A stretch of DNA of 64,000 bases from an uncultured Erysipelotrichaceae bacterium (GTDB lineage: Bacteria > Bacillota_I > Bacilli_A > RFN20 > CAG-826). Below are positions 9,505-17,681 of the stretch, in pieces. The notes under the pieces are model-generated. The model saw nothing but the letters and a program-made list of their open reading frames with translations. It did no database searches and had not been told where the DNA came from. The position numbers were made by a program, and so were the translations under genes. Within the stretch, counting starts at the first letter, position 1. The number at the start of each line of letters is the position of its first letter. The DNA lies in NCBI GenBank assembly GCA_902803375.1, contig CADCPN010000027.1:17549-81548 (forward strand). The letters are read 5' to 3'.

Positions 9505-11559
9505 TTATTTAGCCTTCCTGCTGGAGGCTTTCTTGGTAGAAGATTTCTTGGCAGAGGATTTCTTGACAGGTGACTTCTTGGTAGGAGATTTCTTAGCAAC
9601 GGGCTTAGGTTCTTCCTTTGCTATCTTAGGCGTAGGCTCTGCCTTAAGGCCATCTTTATGCTCGATGGCGCGTTTGAAGATGCAAGCGCAATAACTGCCG
9701 AGCTTGATGTCCATGTGGTGAGGACGCCCTTCCGGGCCTGGCTCAGGAAAAGAGATGGCCGGAAGGCCGTTATATTGGTTCCAGCCGCCATAGACGTCTT
9801 TATCGGAGTTGAAGATCTCGACGTAGGTGCCTTCGTTGCTGGTCCCGATGCAATAATGCTCGTAGTAATTCGGGGTCATGTTGAAGACGAAGATGAGGTC
9901 ATCCTCCTCCACCTGCCTTTCGAAAGCGAAGACGGATTGGTCGGCGTTATCGACCATCAGCCATTGGAAGTGGGCGGGGTTATATTCTTCGAAGTGCATC
10001 GCCTTCTCCGAGGCATAGATGCGGTTAAGGTCCCTCACCATCCTCTTCACGGAGTCGTGCTTTGGATAGGTAAGCAGGTTCCAGGGCAAAGAGCGGTTCT
10101 CGTTCCATTCATCGAAGGAGGCGAGTTCGTTGCCCATGAAGTTCAGCTTCTTGCCAGGGTGGGCGAATTGATAGGCATAGAGGTTGCGGAGAATCGCGAA
10201 CTTGGTGTCGTAATCGCCCCACATCTTGTTGAGGATGGTGCCTTTGCCATGGACGACTTCGTCGTGGCTTAGCGGCAAGAGGAAGTTCTCAGAATAGAAA
10301 TAGGCCATCGAGAAGGTGAGCTTATTGTGCTCGTACTTCTTATAGATAGGATCCTTGCTGTAATACTTGAGGGTATCGTTCATCCAGCCTAGGTCCCATT
10401 TGTAGTCGAAGCCCAGTCCCCCATATTCGATGGGGTGGGTGACCTTGGTGAAGTCGGTGGAATCCTCCGCGATCATCATGACCGAAGGATGGGCATAATG
10501 GATTTTGCCGTTGAGGCGCCTAATGAACTCGGTGGCGCCGGTATTCTCGCCATTGTTCTTGTTGCCATCCCAATAGACGATGTTGCTGACGGCATCGACG
10601 CGGATGCCGTCGAAATGGAAATACTCAAGGAAGTAGTTCATCGCCGACATCAAGAAGCTGCGGACCGGGTCTTTGCCTAGGTCGAACTGCGCGCTGCCCC
10701 AAGGGGAGATCTCGTGGGCGGGGTCGCTATATTCATAAAGGCAAGAGCCATCGAATCTGCGCAAAGCATAGGAATCGGTCGCGAAGTGGACGGGGGCGAA
10801 GTCGAGGATGACGCCAAACCCTGCCTGGTGGAGGCGGTTGACGAAGGACATGAGCTGCTTCGGATTGCCATATCGAGAATCAACCGAGAAGAAGCCGGTG
10901 GCCTGATAGCCCCAGGAGCCATCGAAGGGGTACTGGGTGATCGGCATGATCTCGACGTGGGTGAATCCCGTTTCCTTCAAGTAGGGGATAAGGTAATCGG
11001 CGACTTCCTCATAGGAGGGATAGCGGTCGCCGATCTTGCCCTTCCAGGAGCCGATATGGATCTCATAGATAGACATAGGGGTGTCGAAGCAGCGGGTGCG
11101 CTTCTCCATCCAAGAAGAATCTTCCCACGGGAAGCCTTCGACGTCATATGTCCTAGAGCAGGATTGCGGGCGGAACTCGGAATAGAAGGCAAAGGGGTCA
11201 GCCTTATCCACATATTCGCCATAGCAGTTGCGGAAATGGAATTTATAGGACTGGTAGTCATGGATGCCGGGGATGAAGCATTCAAAGCATCCGCAAGGGT
11301 CGATCTTGCTCATCTTGTTGGCGCGGACGTCCCAGCCATTGAATTCGCCGATGACGGACACGTCGCTAGCAAGCGGGGCATAGAGACGGAAATAAGCGCC
11401 ATAAACGCTCTTCTTCACCTTTTTGTGGCGAGTGCGGCCAGCTTTGTCGGTCAAGACGAGCATCTCTTCGATTTCCTGGTAGCCATAATGGCAGCCGAAA
11501 TACTTAAAAGCATCGATGCTTTGCCCGAGCAAATAGTCAGATAGGATACCGTAAGCCAT
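9505..11559 (-). CDS. glgB: 1,4-alpha-glucan branching enzyme with a Lys/Ser-rich C-terminal tail
   Basis: GH13 branching-enzyme motifs are present (GVILDFAPVHF, HFDGIRVDAVSNI, MIAEDST, PLSHDEVVHGK). It has an extra roughly 45 aa tail, KKSPTKKSPVKKSSAKKSSTKKASSRKAK. Confidence 0.95.
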   Translation of the reverse strand: MAYGILSDYLLGQSIDAFKYFGCHYGYQEIEEMLVLTDKAGRTRHKKVKKSVYGAYFRLYAPLASDVSVIGEFNGWDVRANKMSKIDPCGCFECFIPGIHDYQSYKFHFRNCYGEYVDKADPFAFYSEFRPQSCSRTYDVEGFPWEDSSWMEKRTRCFDTPMSIYEIHIGSWKGKIGDRYPSYEEVADYLIPYLKETGFTHVEIMPITQYPFDGSWGYQATGFFSVDSRYGNPKQLMSFVNRLHQAGFGVILDFAPVHFATDSYALRRFDGSCLYEYSDPAHEISPWGSAQFDLGKDPVRSFLMSAMNYFLEYFHFDGIRVDAVSNIVYWDGNKNNGENTGATEFIRRLNGKIHYAHPSVMMIAEDSTDFTKVTHPIEYGGLGFDYKWDLGWMNDTLKYYSKDPIYKKYEHNKLTFSMAYFYSENFLLPLSHDEVVHGKGTILNKMWGDYDTKFAILRNLYAYQFAHPGKKLNFMGNELASFDEWNENRSLPWNLLTYPKHDSVKRMVRDLNRIYASEKAMHFEEYNPAHFQWLMVDNADQSVFAFERQVEEDDLIFVFNMTPNYYEHYCIGTSNEGTYVEIFNSDKDVYGGWNQYNGLPAISFPEPGPEGRPHHMDIKLGSYCACIFKRAIEHKDGLKAEPTPKIAKEEPKPVAKKSPTKKSPVKKSSAKKSSTKKASSRKAK
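9508..9650 (-). repeat. Imperfect tandem repeats of about 15 nt encoding the KKS(P/S)x tail of GlgB
   Basis: Iterated gatttcttgg/gacttcttgg units are visible at 9520-9600. Confidence 0.6.
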
Positions 11560-11986
11560 GATAACTTTTCTCCTCGAATATCGCGTTACTGCAAAGATTA
11601 TAGCCTCACGCGTTTGCGCGTTAAAGATAAAGAAAGGTGTCTTTCCTATGACGGCTTCCCTGCCGCCCCATCAAAACCTGAAAATAATGTAAACGATAGA
11701 AAACGAATTTTAAAAGGTATGTTTCCATTGAATGAAAGAATGGAAACAAGAAGAAAGCAATAGAAAAGCCCAAATGGTGGGAAGGAGGGACGGGCCGAGG
11801 ATACCCGAAAGGCCATTTGGGCAATTCATGAAAGGAGGATTCGTATCGACACCTTCAATATACCTGCAAAACATATGTGTTAAAGACTGTTTTTATTGGC
11901 TTCACGAAACTTTCACGCTCTTGCGATAACGAAACATTTAACAATACGTTAAACAAGCGCTTACCTTTTGCTAAAATATTCCAATC

Positions 11987-13873
11987 ATGAAGGGGAAATT
12001 GCTATCGAAAAATTGGTTCGTGGCATCGCTATGCGCCATTTTCTTCCTCGTTTGCCTTCTTACTTCCTCCATCGCTATCCCCTTGTTCAACAGAAGCTTC
12101 ATCGACCTGCAGAACGAGCCGACGATGTCGCTTAACGAGAACGGAGAATCGATTTGGGACCTCTCCGACGTCGACATGAAGACCCATCCTTTTAACGCTG
12201 GGCTCATCGGCAAAACCGCCTTCTACTACAATAGATGGGTCGTCACCGATAAGGATCAAGGCTCCCCCGACGCCTATTTGGATATGCCTACCTATTGGGA
12301 AAAGGCTGGCTTCTCCAGAAAAGGCTATGGCTCTTATGTCTTCACGATAAAGGGATTGAAGAAAAACGATGAGATCGGCTTCATGGAGAACGAGAACTCC
12401 GGGGCTTACCGCGTCTTCCTTGCCAAAAGGTATGGCGATGATAGCTGGGATAACGTCAATTACGCCCCGCTTCCTTTCTTGGTCAGGGGCAACGTCATGA
12501 AAGAGCAGGTCGACTATAGGGCCGTCTCCAATATCCCCGAGTACTTCAAGATGTATGAAGATGGCGACGTCAAAGTCTGCATCGAGGCTGGCTATAGCGA
12601 AAACGGAGGCCTCCATTCCTTGCTTAATTTCTCCAATGACACAATGGTCCTTGGCAAGATGACGAAGTTGCTTCTTACGGGATTCGGCCTTGCCATCGTC
12701 GCCATGCACATCCTTTTCACCACGATGGTAAGCCTCGTCAAACGCAGGTCAAAGCGTGCGCAGGGGTTCGCCCTTTTGGCGTTAAGCGTCGTCATCTACT
12801 TCCAGATGTCGCCGGATTTCGTCTACGCGATGAAGGGATTCGGCATCATGGCGACGCGACCCATCGGCATCACCAACACCTTCTGGACCTTCTCCGTCGC
12901 CTTGCTTTTGGGGGCCTTTCTCTTCCTTCTATATAGGGGCAGATACATCTATTACCGCTATAAGGGCGAGTTCCTTTTCCATTTCGTCTGCATCCTTACC
13001 ACCGTCATGTGCTGCGTCTTCTTCACCGAATCCCCCTATGCCTGGATCATCTGCATCCCCCTTGGCATCGATTACCTAGATATCGTCTTGACCATAGGCT
13101 TCCAGGAAAAGAGGCTCTTGCGCGCGCTCCTTTATAGCGCCGTCGCGACCTCTTTGTTCGTCTTAAGCGTCCTGACGGTCCTTGATGCATCCGACATCAT
13201 CCAGTTCAACATCATTGGCTACGAATCGATCTACCTTGCAGGGCTATTGGGCCTAATCGATTTCGTCTACTTCCTCACCCTTTATGAAGATGCGAATAAG
13301 GCCAACCGCGTCGCCGAATCCGAAGAGAGGCTCTCCTTCGCCAAGGAAGCCGCCTCCCTAGTGGAAGCTAGCCCCGCCTTCTTAAGCAGTTCCCTTAACG
13401 CGCTAGAGAAGACATACCATACCGAAGGCCTCATGGCCGGGGAGAGCATGCTAGGCGAGCTCTCCCGCCATCTAAGGAGAATGGTCGACGCCTCCAGCAA
13501 GCCCTTCGTCAGCTTTGACGAGGAGATCGAAGAGCTAAGCTCCTATTGCGACCTAGAAAACGAAATGGAGCCCAATTCCATCGATTTGCTCCTAGACATC
13601 AGCTACGAAGATTACGCCGTCCCGCCGATGGTGCTCGTCGAAATGCTGTCCACCTGCCTAAAGAATGGCGAAAAGGGCAACCTCATCGTCGTCAGCAGCA
13701 ACCTAGACGAAGATAATAACATCACCCTCTCCTTCTCTTCGAAACAGCCTCTTGACCTAGAGCCTTTGATGGCGATGCAGATCAAGAGAATGGAGAAGAT
13801 GGGCTTCACCTTCGCCAAAGCCGAAACGAGGTTCGGGCAGGCCCTCACCTTCATCAAGGAGGCGAGCCGATGA
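11987..13873 (+). CDS. 7TMR-DISM-type membrane sensor with a degenerate (pseudo) LytS/His_kinase-HATPase module
   Basis: It has an N-terminal extracytoplasmic domain (FYYNRWVV..GYGSYVFTI, DISMED2-like), then 7 TM, then a C-terminal module. In that module the H-box reads SPAFLSSSLNAL (Ala464 where the paralog has His), and no DxGxG box is visible. Confidence 0.75.
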   Translation: MKGKLLSKNWFVASLCAIFFLVCLLTSSIAIPLFNRSFIDLQNEPTMSLNENGESIWDLSDVDMKTHPFNAGLIGKTAFYYNRWVVTDKDQGSPDAYLDMPTYWEKAGFSRKGYGSYVFTIKGLKKNDEIGFMENENSGAYRVFLAKRYGDDSWDNVNYAPLPFLVRGNVMKEQVDYRAVSNIPEYFKMYEDGDVKVCIEAGYSENGGLHSLLNFSNDTMVLGKMTKLLLTGFGLAIVAMHILFTTMVSLVKRRSKRAQGFALLALSVVIYFQMSPDFVYAMKGFGIMATRPIGITNTFWTFSVALLLGAFLFLLYRGRYIYYRYKGEFLFHFVCILTTVMCCVFFTESPYAWIICIPLGIDYLDIVLTIGFQEKRLLRALLYSAVATSLFVLSVLTVLDASDIIQFNIIGYESIYLAGLLGLIDFVYFLTLYEDANKANRVAESEERLSFAKEAASLVEASPAFLSSSLNALEKTYHTEGLMAGESMLGELSRHLRRMVDASSKPFVSFDEEIEELSSYCDLENEMEPNSIDLLLDISYEDYAVPPMVLVEMLSTCLKNGEKGNLIVVSSNLDEDNNITLSFSSKQPLDLEPLMAMQIKRMEKMGFTFAKAETRFGQALTFIKEASR

Positions 13874-15753
13874 AAGACTTCATGCGTAAGATCCCCTGGC
13901 GAAGGCTAAATGGCCCCCTCATCTTCCTGCTTGGACTTTTATCCATCGTCCTCACGGCCATCTTCACGGGAGGAAGCAACCTCTCCAAGACCATCCATTT
14001 CGTCAACGGGGTCGCCGATTTCTCCTCTAACGACATCTCCGTCTCCAATGACTTCACCTATGTGGTCGGAGACGTGGACTTCTACTATAACCGCTTCATG
14101 GTATCTGAGGAGGAAAGCAACCGCGATGCCTCGCCCAGCAGGATCGCCTTCCCAAGCTTCTGGTACACCCAAGGCTATGAAAGGGATGGGTACGCCACCT
14201 ACGAATTTGGAATCTCGGGCATCACCCGCGATTCCAAAATCGGCTTCCAGCTGCTTGACCCCACCTTCGCCTATGCCATTTACGCAAAGCAAGGCGATGA
14301 GGGCTACCAATTGCTATATCAAGATGGAGAGCTGAGCAAGACTTCTTCTGACTATCCTACTAAAAAGCAGCTTGCCCCAAGCTTCGTCGAGATGAAAAAC
14401 GGCAATACGCGCCTAAGCATCGCCATCGAGGTCTCCTATAACCATAGCGGCGGCATCTCCAGCGTCTTCGCGGTCGTCGATTCCAAAGGCCTATCGGGCT
14501 TAAAATACTATAACGCCCTCCTGGGTTTGGGCGCCGGACTAGTCATCGCCAACTTCTTCTTGGCCTTCTTGATGTTCCTAGTCTACCGCAAGACGAAAGG
14601 CGCGGTCGGCTACCTCATCCTGGCGGTGGGCATCCTCGTCCACTTCTTCGGCTCTCGCGACGCCTTCTATATGATCTCGATGATGACCCTGCGCACATCC
14701 GCTAAGTCTTGGATGATATTGGCCTTCGTCATCTCGACGACGGTCGTCGGCACCGCCTTCTATTACTACACGCGCCAGAGGAAGATCTTCCGCGCCCCTA
14801 GATTCAGCTTCATCCTCGGGGCCGTGGTGCTTCTATCCCTCATCCTTATCCTTACTTTCGCCCCTGCCCCCTATACGGCTTTCTCATCAGCCCCAATAGC
14901 CATCTACACCGTCTACTTCCTATATGAATATGGCGTATATGGAAAGAAGCATCCCTTCTATTCCGCCTTGTTCACGTTGCTATTCACGCTGTTTGGGCTA
15001 CTAAGCCTCGTTCAGTGCCTCGACTACGCCAACGCCTTCAACTTCCCGGTCCTCAACTACGAAACCTTGGTCATGGCGGCGGCGGGCCTAATCTTCAACT
15101 TCATCCACTTCCATATGCTTCGCGCCACCGCTGAGCAGGCTTTGCTCACCGCGCAGAATGAAAAGGAATATGGCCTATTGATGATGCAGGCCTCCATTAA
15201 GCAAACCACGCCCCACTTCCTCTTCAACTCCCTCGCGCTAGTGGAAAATCAATATCGGCAAGGATATGAAAGCGGCGATCAGGCGTTACACTTGTTGAAA
15301 GACAATATCGAGAAATCCCTATCGGCTTCGAAGGAGGAGCTCGTCATGTTCAATACGGAGCTAGACACCATCCGCTCCTTCGTCAAATTGATGAACCTCC
15401 GCCGCGAAGCAAGCCTTACCTTGCGCGAAGAGATCGCCTATTCCTCCTTCAAGGTACCCCCGTTATCGCTTGAGGTATTCGTGGAGAACGCATTCAAGCA
15501 TGGCTACCCTAGCGGCGAAGGAGAGATCCTACTCCGCTCCTATAAATCGGGAAGGAGCGTCTTCGTCTCCATCTCCGATAAGGGGCAAGGCTTCGATTCC
15601 AGTAAGCCCATCAGTAGCGGCCACACGGGCGTGAGCAATGCGAAATTTAGAATTTCTCACACGCTAAACGGCGAAGTCGTTATAAAATCAATGCCAGGAA
15701 AAGGCACAACAGTACTCATCAAGATTCCATTACAGGAGGAAATCGAGTTATGA
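13870..15753 (+). CDS. 7TMR-DISM sensor histidine kinase (LytS/YehU-type His_kinase plus HATPase_c)
   Basis: Same architecture as the upstream paralog. The H-box is TTPHFLFNSL (His449, codon 15214..15216), the N-box is VENAFKHG, and G1 is DKGQGF. An ATGA overlap joins it to the upstream gene. Confidence 0.85.
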   Translation: MKDFMRKIPWRRLNGPLIFLLGLLSIVLTAIFTGGSNLSKTIHFVNGVADFSSNDISVSNDFTYVVGDVDFYYNRFMVSEEESNRDASPSRIAFPSFWYTQGYERDGYATYEFGISGITRDSKIGFQLLDPTFAYAIYAKQGDEGYQLLYQDGELSKTSSDYPTKKQLAPSFVEMKNGNTRLSIAIEVSYNHSGGISSVFAVVDSKGLSGLKYYNALLGLGAGLVIANFFLAFLMFLVYRKTKGAVGYLILAVGILVHFFGSRDAFYMISMMTLRTSAKSWMILAFVISTTVVGTAFYYYTRQRKIFRAPRFSFILGAVVLLSLILILTFAPAPYTAFSSAPIAIYTVYFLYEYGVYGKKHPFYSALFTLLFTLFGLLSLVQCLDYANAFNFPVLNYETLVMAAAGLIFNFIHFHMLRATAEQALLTAQNEKEYGLLMMQASIKQTTPHFLFNSLALVENQYRQGYESGDQALHLLKDNIEKSLSASKEELVMFNTELDTIRSFVKLMNLRREASLTLREEIAYSSFKVPPLSLEVFVENAFKHGYPSGEGEILLRSYKSGRSVFVSISDKGQGFDSSKPISSGHTGVSNAKFRISHTLNGEVVIKSMPGKGTTVLIKIPLQEEIEL

Positions 15754-16580
15754 ATAGCATGAAGATCATCGTCGTCGACGACGAAATGGCCGCGTTGAAC
15801 ACATTCCTTTATAACATGGTCGACCGTCAGGACATTCAGGTCCAGATGTTCTTGAATGACCCGGAGGCGTCCATCGAATACGCGAAGAATAACCAGGTGG
15901 ATGCCGCCTTCCTCGACATTCAGATGCCGAAGATGAACGGCGTCGATTTGGCAAAGGCCCTCGTTAAGGTCGTCCCCGCCATCACCATCTTCTTCATCAC
16001 GAGCTACACCTTCGACGAGCAGTCCACCGCCGCCGAGCTAGGCGCCAACTTCGGCGGCTATTGCTACAAGCCTTATAACAAGACCCTTCTTCAGAATCAG
16101 CTTAACGCCCTCCAGAATAAGCTCGTCAATAAGACCACCCGCGACGTCAGGATCCGCACCATCGAGGGCTTCGATGTCTTCGTCAACGGCGTCCCCGTCG
16201 ACTTCCGCTCCAAAAAGAGCAAGGAGCTCCTCGCCTTTGGCGTCAATAAGCGCGGCGCTTATGCCACCATGGAAGAAGCCATCGCCGCCCTTTGGCCGAA
16301 TAAGGATATCGAGTATGGCAAATTGTCCTATCGCGATTCCGTTTGGAAGCTGAAGAAGACCCTTAACGAGAATGGCCTAGACAACCTCGTCGAGTTCCAG
16401 CGCGGCCACTTCAAGGTCAACACCAAGGCCGCGAGCTGCGACCTCTATGAGATCTATGATGGCACCACTACCCTCACCAGCATCGTCTCCTATATGCCGG
16501 TTTATGAGTGGGCTCAGGATAACGAGGCCGTCTTGATGGACATCCTCGAGGCCAAGCTGGAGCAGAAAATGGTCAAGTAA
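15750..16580 (+). CDS. Response regulator: REC domain plus SARP/OmpR-like winged-helix output
   Basis: KIIVVDDE...AAFLDIQMPKMNGVDL (Asp56). The C-terminus IRTIEGFDVFVNGVPVDFRSKKSKELLAFGV...AIAALWP...VWKLKKTL fits the SARP/Trans_reg_C pattern. An ATGA overlap joins it to the kinase. Confidence 0.85.
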   Translation: MNSMKIIVVDDEMAALNTFLYNMVDRQDIQVQMFLNDPEASIEYAKNNQVDAAFLDIQMPKMNGVDLAKALVKVVPAITIFFITSYTFDEQSTAAELGANFGGYCYKPYNKTLLQNQLNALQNKLVNKTTRDVRIRTIEGFDVFVNGVPVDFRSKKSKELLAFGVNKRGAYATMEEAIAALWPNKDIEYGKLSYRDSVWKLKKTLNENGLDNLVEFQRGHFKVNTKAASCDLYEIYDGTTTLTSIVSYMPVYEWAQDNEAVLMDILEAKLEQKMVK

Positions 16581-16616
16581 GACCTTCTTTTTCCCCCGAT
16601 AAAATTGCAGCGAATT

Positions 16617-16644
16617 CCCGCCAAGGCCCAAATTGGCGGGTTTT
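16617..16644 (+). terminator. Intrinsic terminator after the response regulator
   Basis: CCCGCCAA-loop-TTGGCGGG followed by TTTT. Confidence 0.75.
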
Positions 16645-16892
16645 CAAAACTTTTTTGAACACCCTATATACAAACGCAAAATAAAGGCCTACACTAGCCA
16701 AGGCGGAAGTTGCTCCCTGAAATCAGCACCCCCTCGTTTGATTTTATAGCACTTGCGCCTTTTTCTTTACTCTAGTAAACAAATGATACACTTAAGGGCG
16801 TCCTGTTCTAGCCATGCAGGGGTCTTCTTAATGAACGATATAAAAAAATGCTAGAGTTTGGTGCTCTGGCATTTTCTCTAAGTGAGATGGAA

Positions 16893-17453
16893 TCAGTATT
16901 TGGCAAGCGCGTCTTCTAGATATTCTTTCAGGATCTTCATGACGATCTGCTGAATCTCTTCCGGCGTTCTCTTGAAGCCTTCCTTGATCCAAGGATAGAC
17001 GGCGCCGAAGTAATTGAATGCGACGAAGTACTTCACGTAATCGGCGTATTCGGATTCGTTGCCGGTGGGGAGGTTTTCGACAAGGCCCGCGAGCCATTCC
17101 ACGAAGACGAAGGGGAGGTCGTTGTCGACGACCTGCTTCAGGAAGTTTTTCTCGGAATCGAGGAATTGGATCATCCGGCGGTTCCAATCGCCGTTTTTGC
17201 CATTATAGGGAGTAGTTTCGCAGAACTTGGCATAGCTCCAATTAAGGCGATAGATGATAAGGTCCTTCTTGCCGGCTTTGCTGCCGAAGTGACGGTAGAA
17301 CGTGGATCTGCCGACGCCAGCCCTCTCGCAGATTTCGTTGACGGTGATCTTTACGTACTCTTTGCGATTCATCAAATCAAGCAACGCGTCAGCAAGGCAG
17401 AGCTTAATGAATTCGCTGTTTTGGTTTTTTCTTCTCATGAGTTTTTCCTTCAA
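16893..17453 (-). CDS. TetR/AcrR-family transcriptional regulator
   Basis: N-terminal HTH VNEICERAGVGRSTFYRHF; 186 aa. Confidence 0.85.
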   Translation of the reverse strand: MKEKLMRRKNQNSEFIKLCLADALLDLMNRKEYVKITVNEICERAGVGRSTFYRHFGSKAGKKDLIIYRLNWSYAKFCETTPYNGKNGDWNRRMIQFLDSEKNFLKQVVDNDLPFVFVEWLAGLVENLPTGNESEYADYVKYFVAFNYFGAVYPWIKEGFKRTPEEIQQIVMKILKEYLEDALAKY

Positions 17454-17681
17454 CTAAGCCTATATTAGGCTCGCACCCTTTATGGTACAAATGGTTTGCA
17501 ACGTTATCGTATTACTTATTGAAACGTTTGTCACGTCCACCGCTTCTATCCTTGCCGGCCATCCTTCCGCGGCAAGCGCATAACAGGTGCGTTATTAGGT
17601 GAGCAAAGATGGAAGTTATGGTATGATGGTTCCGTTTTAACGGATGCGTAATGCATGCGTATCAAGAAAGAAGGAAATTAC

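Noticed and set aside
11732-11929. 65 aa plus-strand ORF in the glgB/sensor spacer.
   Set aside because: Its start lies inside the first perfect hairpin and it runs across the second. It has no SD at the right spacing, and the product has no features. It is more likely structured non-coding sequence.
17520-17533. cre-like (CcpA) site TGAAACGTTTGTCA upstream of ackA.
   Set aside because: The central CG is displaced by one position relative to the TGWNANCGNTNWCA consensus in either orientation, so it does not fit.
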